DNA of 64,000 nucleotides from Alteromonas sp. (GTDB lineage Bacteria; Margulisbacteria; Marinamargulisbacteria; UBA6595): NCBI GenBank assembly GCA_964220215.1, contig CAXPTH010000003.1, positions 70,216 to 134,215 of the forward strand, read 5' to 3'. Shown piece by piece: positions 58,136 to 64,000 of this stretch (position 1 is its first letter; each line of letters starts with the position of its first letter). The notes under the pieces were generated by a model. It saw only the letters and a program-made list of their open reading frames with translations, ran no database searches and was not told where the DNA came from. The position numbers and the translations under genes were made by a program.

Positions 58136-58260
58136 CTCGCAAACAGCAACGCACGCCCATCCTGCTGCACCGCTGCCAGCACCACCTCACGATCAGCCTT
58201 CAATGCCTCACTCGCATACTCCAACGAACGCCAATCCGGCTCAATCCGTTTCGAATCCCC
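58081..58260 (-). pseudogene. start-less C-terminal fragment of a DUF4116-like repeat protein
   Basis: My minus-strand translation reads GDSKRIEPDWRSLEYASEALKADREVVLAAVQQDGRALLFASQELQRDPDVLAAAKRPR*. The frame opens right after a TAA and has no start codon. It is about 85 percent nucleotide-identical (by eye, ~75 nt) to the 29.7-kb fragment. Confidence 0.6.
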
Positions 58261-58304
58261 TTATCTTTCTTATGGTTATATCGTGGCGCGCCCGGAGGGA
58301 TTCG
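58239..58304. repeat. 66-bp direct repeat, copy 1 (displaced tRNA-Arg 3' end plus downstream flank)
   Basis: gctcaatccgtttcgaatccccttatctttcttatggttatatcgtggcgcgcccggagggattcg is identical, letter for letter, to 58395-58460. Confidence 0.95.
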
Positions 58305-58394
58305 CCCTTCTTGAATACTCACGTATTCAGCCGGGCAGCTCCTTTCGCTTAACTCAGTCCTTCGGCCTTCGCTCTTCCTCCCTACTCGGTCGGC

Positions 58395-58460
58395 GCTCAA
58401 TCCGTTTCGAATCCCCTTATCTTTCTTATGGTTATATCGTGGCGCGCCCGGAGGGATTCG
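58395..58460. repeat. 66-bp direct repeat, copy 2 (overlaps the intact tRNA-Arg 3' end)
   Basis: Identical to copy 1. Its last 21 nt (58440-58460) are the acceptor/T-arm 3' end of tRNA-Arg including CCA. Confidence 0.95.
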
Positions 58461-58516
58461 AACCCCCGACCTGCGGATTCGAAGTCCGACGCTCTATCCA
58501 GCTGAGCTACAGGCGC
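58440..58516 (-). tRNA. tRNA-Arg (anticodon TCG)
   Basis: The reverse complement, GCGCCTGTAGCTCAGCTGGATAGAGCGTCGGACTTCGAATCCGCAGGTCGGGGGTTCGAATCCCTCCGGGCGCGCCA, folds by hand into a cloverleaf. The acceptor is 7 bp with one G-U pair, the D arm is GCTC/GAGC, the anticodon loop is CTTCGAA and the T arm is GGGGG/CCCTC. CCA is encoded. There is one U-C mismatch at 27:43. Confidence 0.85.
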
Positions 58517-58587
58517 ATTTAAGTGCGATTCGTTTATTATGCCGAAATATAACCCAATTGACAAGCCCCTCTCCCCTCAAATAACAA

Positions 58588-58941
58588 CTACTCTGCGTCT
58601 TGAAACAAAACAGATAAGCCCAACACACCACCAACAATCGCCAAATCTTTCAACAAGGACATCAACGCCATCGCATCACCCGCTAAATAAGCCGGTAAAT
58701 GAATCGTTAAAATAAAAATCCCAATCATCGCCGCCAAGCCCAAACACGCTGTATGCGCTTTGACTTGAGCCAAAATAGCCACCCCACTCAAAACCAACGC
58801 TGCACCTGTAAAATAAACCCAGAATACGCCCCCAGGAATAAAGGATGGAACCACTCCAGCCATGCCATTCGCATTCATAAAATGAAACAAACCAAACACA
58901 ATCATCGGTATCGCAATGAACAATCGAGACAAAAACATCAT
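58588..58941 (-). CDS. small 4-TM membrane protein, DoxX-like
   Basis: 117 aa with four hydrophobic helices. The family is assigned from memory only. Confidence 0.45.
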   Translation of the reverse strand: MMFLSRLFIAIPMIVFGLFHFMNANGMAGVVPSFIPGGVFWVYFTGAALVLSGVAILAQVKAHTACLGLAAMIGIFILTIHLPAYLAGDAMALMSLLKDLAIVGGVLGLSVLFQDAE

Positions 58942-59102
58942 AGACGCACTCCTTTTTTTTACTCTAATTCACAATCAATCGGGATACGTCGCCCAAATTA
59001 TCAGATAATTACTCATTTGTAAATACCCCGACCGATAGGCCACGGACCAGTTGCCCAAGTCCACCGGGTTGCGTTAAAATCTAAGAACTGATTGGGACAA
59101 TC

Positions 59103-59176
59103 GGCGGCATAGCCAAGTGGTAAGGCAGAGGTCTGCAACACCTTCATCCCCAGTTCGACTCTGGGTGCCGCCTCCA
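59103..59176 (+). tRNA. tRNA-Cys (anticodon GCA)
   Basis: GGCGGCATAGCCAAGTGGTAAGGCAGAGGTCTGCAACACCTTCATCCCCAGTTCGACTCTGGGTGCCGCCTCCA. The acceptor is GGCGGCA/TGCCGCC, the anticodon stem GAGGT/ACCTT with loop CTGCAAC, and the T arm CCCAG/CTGGG. CCA is encoded. Confidence 0.88.
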
Positions 59177-59195
59177 ATTACAATTCAATTTTCAT

Positions 59196-59777
59196 ATGTG
59201 GACTTATATTAAACGATATTTTATTTACGGCCTGCTGGTAATTGTTCCTACCATTGTTACCATTTGGTTTTTTGTCGCCTCTATCCAGGTTCTTTCCCGC
59301 CTACTCAGCCCCTTATTTGGACACAAATTGCCGTTTATATGGATGCTTATTTTGTCCATGATCATTGTGACACTCGTGGGCATGCTCAGCCGATTGTTTA
59401 TTGGCCGAACAATCGTCGATTACATTGACAGCATTATTGCCAAAATTCCCATTATCCGAACCGTCTACACCAGCGTTCAACAACTTATTGGCACCCTAAC
59501 CATTCGAAACAAACAACTGTCCCAAACCGTTTTGGTGGAATACCCTCGAAAAGGCGTCTGGGCCATGGCCTTCGTGACCCAGGACACCGCCTCGGGATTG
59601 TATGACAAATCCGGCCAGGCACTGGGCGCCGATCGTTGTGCAATCTTTGTCCCAACAACGCCCAACCCAACATCTGGTTTTTTTCTCTTTGTTAAGAAAG
59701 ACGAACTTATTGAGCTCAGCATCAGTGTTGAGCAAAGCATGAAATTGCTAATCTCAGCCGGTATTTTATCAAAGTAA
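59196..59777 (+). CDS. DUF502-family membrane protein
   Basis: 193 aa with two N-terminal TM helices and a conserved-looking C-domain (VLVEYPRKGVWAMAFVT...PTTPNPTSGFF). Confidence 0.6.
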   Translation: MWTYIKRYFIYGLLVIVPTIVTIWFFVASIQVLSRLLSPLFGHKLPFIWMLILSMIIVTLVGMLSRLFIGRTIVDYIDSIIAKIPIIRTVYTSVQQLIGTLTIRNKQLSQTVLVEYPRKGVWAMAFVTQDTASGLYDKSGQALGADRCAIFVPTTPNPTSGFFLFVKKDELIELSISVEQSMKLLISAGILSK

Positions 59778-59840
59778 CCGGATGCTTAGTGCGGCAATTT
59801 ATTGAATATCCGGATTGTAGTGTAGTACACTAAGTCAACT

Positions 59841-61622
59841 ATGACAACAAAGAGACGAAACGTTGCAATCATCGCCCACGTTGACCACGGAAAAACTACC
59901 CTAGTCGACCAGCTATTTAAACAGAGCGGCGCCTTCCACAATCCCGATGCTATTGAAGAGCGACTCATGGACTCCCTGAGTTTAGAAAAAGAACGCGGGA
60001 TTACGATTCAATCCAAAACAGGGGCCTGTTTCTATAACGATCACCGAATTAATATTATTGATACCCCTGGGCACGCCGATTTTGGTGGCGAAGTTGAGCG
60101 CGTCTTAGCCATGACCGATGGCGTTTTATTTTTAGTGGATGCCGCAGAAGGCCCTATGCCACAATCCTATTTTGTATTAAAAAAAGCAGTCCAACACAAT
60201 CTACCCATTATTGTAGTCATGAATAAAATCGACAAGCCAGCCGCTCGTCCAGACTGGGTCCTTGACCAAGTCTTCGACTGCTTAGTGCAATTAAACGCAC
60301 CCGATGAATTGCTTGATTTCACCACCGTCTATGCCTCCGCCAAAGAAGGGTTTGCCAGCGCTGACCCCACAGACCGAAGCGGAAACATGAACATAATTTT
60401 TGATACCATTATTGAAAAAATTCCCGAACCAAAAGCCGATCTTGAGCACCCCTTTCAATTCCAAATCGCATCGTTTAGCTACTCAGCCTTCATGGGGCAA
60501 TTGTGTATTGGTCGTATTCGATCCGGAAAAATTGCCGTGAATGACGAGATCATTGTAATGACCGGCGACACCCCCGGCGAAAAAACACGCGTTACCAAGC
60601 TATACCAATTTAAAGCCAACGAACAAGAAGAAATTACGACAGCCATTGCCGGAGACATTGTGGCAATTGCCGGCGTAAAAACTGCCCGAATTGGGGACGC
60701 CCTGTGTGACCCCAAAAACCCCATTGGGCTTCCCGGTATTCATATTGACCCCCCCACGTTAGCGATTACGTTTATGGCCAATGATTCGCCATTCTCAGGA
60801 CAAGAAGGCGAATTTGTAACCCCCAACCATGTATACGATCGCTTGGATCGAGCCGCCTTATGCGATGTGGCCCTGCATGTTGAAAAACTGCCCGGTGAAC
60901 GGGGCATTAATGTTTCTGGTCGCGGGGAGCTTCACTTGGGAATTTTGATTGAAAACATGCGTCGGGAAGGCTATGAATTTCAATGCTCTAAACCCAATGT
61001 GATTTTAAAAGAAGAAAACGGCCAAAGGTTGGAACCCTATGAAGTTTTAACCATTGATGTGTCCGAAGATCTGATGGGCAGTGTAATCGAACAGTTGGGT
61101 TACCGAAAAGGCACCATGCAAAGCATGGAACAAGAGCATGGCCAAGTCCGCTTAATTTATCACATTCCCAGCCGTGGGTTGTTGGGCTATCAAGCTGAAT
61201 TCATGATGGCCACCAAAGGAACTGGCGTTATCAATTATCGCTTTCATGAATATGGCCCCTATGTTGGGGAGTTGAGAACCCGCAAACAAGGCGTTTTAAT
61301 TTCCAAAGAAACCTGTGAAACAGTCGCCTATGCCCTGTATCATCTGCAACCCCGTGGCACATTGTTTGTTGGCCCAGGGGTTCGGGTATACAAAGGTCAA
61401 ATTATTGGCCAGCACGCCAAAGACGACGATCTTACAGTCAATGCAGCCAAAAGTAAAAAATTAACCAATATGCGATCAGCCGGCGCAGATGACAGCTTGG
61501 TGCTAACCCCGCCCAAAGCCATGCAATTGGAAGATTATTTATCTTTTATTGATGACACCGAATTGGTTGAATTCACCCCCAAGTCCATTCGAATTCGAAA
61601 AAAGAATTTGCAGCAAGTATAA
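59841..61622 (+). CDS. typA: translational GTPase TypA/BipA
   Basis: 593 aa. Motifs [24 protein letters not shown] and NKID, with BipA-like sequence over the full length. Confidence 0.93.
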   Translation: MTTKRRNVAIIAHVDHGKTTLVDQLFKQSGAFHNPDAIEERLMDSLSLEKERGITIQSKTGACFYNDHRINIIDTPGHADFGGEVERVLAMTDGVLFLVDAAEGPMPQSYFVLKKAVQHNLPIIVVMNKIDKPAARPDWVLDQVFDCLVQLNAPDELLDFTTVYASAKEGFASADPTDRSGNMNIIFDTIIEKIPEPKADLEHPFQFQIASFSYSAFMGQLCIGRIRSGKIAVNDEIIVMTGDTPGEKTRVTKLYQFKANEQEEITTAIAGDIVAIAGVKTARIGDALCDPKNPIGLPGIHIDPPTLAITFMANDSPFSGQEGEFVTPNHVYDRLDRAALCDVALHVEKLPGERGINVSGRGELHLGILIENMRREGYEFQCSKPNVILKEENGQRLEPYEVLTIDVSEDLMGSVIEQLGYRKGTMQSMEQEHGQVRLIYHIPSRGLLGYQAEFMMATKGTGVINYRFHEYGPYVGELRTRKQGVLISKETCETVAYALYHLQPRGTLFVGPGVRVYKGQIIGQHAKDDDLTVNAAKSKKLTNMRSAGADDSLVLTPPKAMQLEDYLSFIDDTELVEFTPKSIRIRKKNLQQV

Positions 61623-61625
61623 GGA

Positions 61626-62897
61626 ATGATCAAAGCAATCACTCAAACACTCGTAAGTTTATTGGCTCTATTTGGGGCTGGGCTTTCTGGGTATATTGTT
61701 TTAATTAAAGCCATGCAAACCGGCTGCAGCACAACTGCATGCAATACTGTGCTTAGCAGTCCGTACGCCAGTGTATTTGGAGTTTCTAACGCTAGCCTTG
61801 GTGTGGGGTTTTACTTAGTATTATTGCTGCTATCTATACGCCGAGACTGGTTCCTAGCCTTAATTGGGATTGGTACTGCAGCCCTAGCCTCCTTGGGATT
61901 GATACTTATCCAGGCCTTTATTATCAAGGATTGGTGTTTCTTATGCATCACATCAGCCAGCACAATTACCCTATTGTTAATTTTAATTGCATGGCTGTAT
62001 CAACAAAACCCTGAAAAGCCCCGTTGGGATATGGGGTATCTGCTAGTACTCAGCGCTGTGTTTTTAACCGGTCCGATTTTGCATTACGGTGTTAATTCTA
62101 TTGTGACTCGTGATTCGGTTATCATTCACATCGACGGCAAAGGCTATACACAATCAGACGTTGATGCTGAGCTTGGCCTTCGCATGATCAAGCTAAAAAA
62201 CCAGCAAAACCAATTACGAAAAAATTGGGCATACGAATACGCTATTGCACGTGAGGCGGCCGCCAACCAGGTTGCGCCTGGGGTTCTGATGCAAATGGTC
62301 TTTCCTTCCCAGCCGTCGGTTGCGTCTATTAACGCCTATCAAACCTATTTAGAAGATACGTATCAGATTGGCTTCACATTACCAACAAGCAGCCAAATAA
62401 ACTTGCCCCGAACACCGCACACATTTGCTAAAAAAGGGCCCGACAATGCTGCCTTTCGCATTGTTAGCTTTTCCGATATCCAATGCCCATATTGCAAAAC
62501 CAAACACCAAGAGCTCGACGCCCTTCAGGCTCGGTACCCCCAAGCGATTCAGATTGAATACCGGCACTTTCCACTGGATCATCACCCCGAAGCCAAGCGG
62601 GCAGCCCGGGGCAGTTGGTGCGCCGGACAATCCGGCCAATTTTGGGCATTTTTAGATGCGACTTTTGACCAAGCACAAAGCCTGAGCCCATCCAGTCTCA
62701 TGACAATCGCCAAAAACCTAGACCTGGATACTCAAGCCTTTTTAGCGTGTTTAACTGGGCCCGATAGCCTCAATGCTGTTGAGTTGGATATCCAAGCAGG
62801 CATCCAGTTGGGTGTTTCCCAAACGCCCAGTGTATTTGTGAATGGGCATTACACCAGTGACCGCATTACCGCCAAGTCCTTGGGGCTTCCCGAATAA
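61626..62897 (+). CDS. VKOR-family membrane oxidoreductase fused to a DsbA-like thioredoxin domain
   Basis: The N-terminal TM bundle has the loop Cys pair (GCSTTAC), SSPYASVFGVSNASLG and an intramembrane CxxC (WCFLC). The C-terminal soluble domain has SDIQCPYCK. Confidence 0.7.
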   Translation: MIKAITQTLVSLLALFGAGLSGYIVLIKAMQTGCSTTACNTVLSSPYASVFGVSNASLGVGFYLVLLLLSIRRDWFLALIGIGTAALASLGLILIQAFIIKDWCFLCITSASTITLLLILIAWLYQQNPEKPRWDMGYLLVLSAVFLTGPILHYGVNSIVTRDSVIIHIDGKGYTQSDVDAELGLRMIKLKNQQNQLRKNWAYEYAIAREAAANQVAPGVLMQMVFPSQPSVASINAYQTYLEDTYQIGFTLPTSSQINLPRTPHTFAKKGPDNAAFRIVSFSDIQCPYCKTKHQELDALQARYPQAIQIEYRHFPLDHHPEAKRAARGSWCAGQSGQFWAFLDATFDQAQSLSPSSLMTIAKNLDLDTQAFLACLTGPDSLNAVELDIQAGIQLGVSQTPSVFVNGHYTSDRITAKSLGLPE

Positions 62898-62989
62898 GTC
62901 TACTTGATTACCCGATACCGATTTTGATACAATTGTACTCAAGAAATACACTGTATCAGGGATATTAAAGCCAGAGAGACAAAGCAACC

Positions 62990-64000
62990 ATGAGTAATTT
63001 TGAACAATTTGCCAACCAGCCATATCAATATGGATTTACCACCAATATTGAAACCGACGCCTTTCCTCCGGGCTTGGATGAGTCCGTCATTCGTGCTATC
63101 TCAGAAAAAAAACAAGAACCAGCCTTTATGCTGGAGTACCGGCTGAAAGCCTTTCGGCATTGGCAAACCATGCGCGAGCCCACTTGGTCCGCCGTGGACT
63201 ACCCGGCCATTGATTTTCAAGCCATTTCGTATTACGCAGCCCCCAAGAAAAAAGAAGTCTTAAACAGCATGGATGACGTGGACCCCGAACTCAAACGGAC
63301 CTTCGAAAAGCTGGGTATTCCTTTGACCGAGCAAAAACGATTGGCCAATGTTGCCATGGATGCCATTTTTGACAGCGTCTCCGTGGCGACAACGTTTAAA
63401 GAAAAGTTAATGAAAAAAGGGGTGATCTTTTGCCCCATTTCAGAGGCCGTTCAAAAGTATCCGGACTTGGTCGAGCAGTATTTGGGCTCTGTAGTGCCGC
63501 ATACGGATAATTTTTATGCAGCCCTCAACAGCGCCGTATTTTCCGATGGCTCGTTTGTATATGTGCCCAAAGATACGGTATGCCCCATGGAATTATCCAC
63601 CTATTTCCGAATTAACACCCAAGATTCGGGCCAATTCGAGCGCACCCTCATTATTGCCGATACCAACAGCTCCGTCAGCTATTTGGAAGGGTGTACAGCC
63701 CCAGCCTTTGATACCAATCAATTGCATGCAGCCGTTGTGGAATTGGTCGCCTTGGACAATGCCGAGATTAAATATTCAACCGTTCAAAACTGGTATGCGG
63801 GTGACCCCAAAACCGGCGCTGGCGGTATTTACAATTTTGTGACCAAGCGCGGCAAGTGCCAAGGCAAACGATCCAAAATTTCATGGACCCAAGTGGAGAC
63901 CGGGTCCGCCATCACGTGGAAATACCCCAGCTGCGTCTTAATTGGGGATGAATCTGTTGGGGAGTTTTATTCGGTTGCCTTGACCAACCACAAGCAACAA
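62990..64000 (+). CDS. sufB: Fe-S cluster assembly protein SufB, N-terminal ~337 codons (runs off the window end)
   Basis: Absent from the ORF track because there is no stop. My translation from ATG 62990 reads [21 protein letters not shown]...[12 protein letters not shown]...[22 protein letters not shown]...[12 protein letters not shown]...[18 protein letters not shown]. Confidence 0.9.
   Translation, partial: MSNFEQFANQPYQYGFTTNIETDAFPPGLDESVIRAISEKKQEPAFMLEYRLKAFRHWQTMREPTWSAVDYPAIDFQAISYYAAPKKKEVLNSMDDVDPELKRTFEKLGIPLTEQKRLANVAMDAIFDSVSVATTFKEKLMKKGVIFCPISEAVQKYPDLVEQYLGSVVPHTDNFYAALNSAVFSDGSFVYVPKDTVCPMELSTYFRINTQDSGQFERTLIIADTNSSVSYLEGCTAPAFDTNQLHAAVVELVALDNAEIKYSTVQNWYAGDPKTGAGGIYNFVTKRGKCQGKRSKISWTQVETGSAITWKYPSCVLIGDESVGEFYSVALTNHKQQ

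Noticed and set aside
58305-58394. The spacer between the tRNA-derived repeats could be 4.5S/SRP RNA or part of tmRNA, given its CCGAAGGA motif, GNRA loops and tRNA-like end.
   Set aside because: It lacks the conserved SRP domain IV loops (the GGAA/AGCA arrangement) and the long closing helix. It is far too short for tmRNA and has no tag reading frame.
58200-58522. Track ORFs of 66 aa (minus) and 79 aa (plus) containing the duplicated peptide ARPEGF.
   Set aside because: They are translations of the tRNA-Arg gene and its 66-bp duplicate. The internal repeat is the DNA repeat and not a protein feature.
1-64000. CRISPR arrays, rRNA genes, prophage or integrase genes, toxin-antitoxin pairs and known defence systems.
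   Set aside because: Scanning by eye, I saw no regularly spaced direct repeats and no matching protein motifs. Apart from the IS3 remnant and the tRNA-Arg scar, I recognised no mobile-element hallmark.

Overview
This is a 64-kb chromosomal window from an unidentified diderm bacterium. GC looks mid-range by eye, and TGA, TAA and TAG are all used as stops. It holds about 60 tightly packed genes, many with ATGA or short overlaps, and most are housekeeping. Functions present: replication and repair (mutS 5' part, recO-like, recD2, ruvX); translation (pheT, alaS, fmt, typA, rsmH, trmB, tRNA-Arg-TCG, tRNA-Cys-GCA); purine and GMP synthesis (purD, purH-purN-purM, purB, a CBS-less guaB-like gene, guaA); shikimate (aroQ, aroB); hisF; thiamine (thiH, thiG); menaquinone (menC, menE); class Ia RNR (nrdAB) followed by pyrC; also acs, fba, rho, sufB, mgtE and nspC. 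Envelope genes: Slt, a short secretin, a TolC-like plus RND pair, a PorV-like barrel next to a protein with a FlgD-Ig/T9SS-type C-terminal domain, a stand-alone heptose adenylyltransferase domain, and a VKOR-DsbA fusion. Three small accessory patches interrupt this core. (i) 34.3-36.5 kb, between thiG and menC: an AT-richer islet with a small Cys-rich protein starting MGSWLNCLPC, an internally deleted IS3-family element, and a protein with a eukaryote-type ubiquitin fold whose 3' end runs into the IS. (ii) 29.6-29.9 kb: a decayed gene made of DUF4116-like repeats with an in-frame TGA. (iii) 58.08-58.52 kb: a paralogous DUF4116-like fragment beside tRNA-Arg. The last 21 nt of that tRNA plus 45 nt of downstream flank are duplicated as a perfect 66-bp direct repeat around a 90-bp hairpin-rich spacer. 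The eukaryote-like modules (ubiquitin fold, MG..C lipidation-like N-terminus, DUF4116-like repeats) suggest a host-associated lifestyle; that is inference only. No rRNA, CRISPR array, prophage or recognisable defence system was seen. All functional calls come from reading the translations, with no database search.
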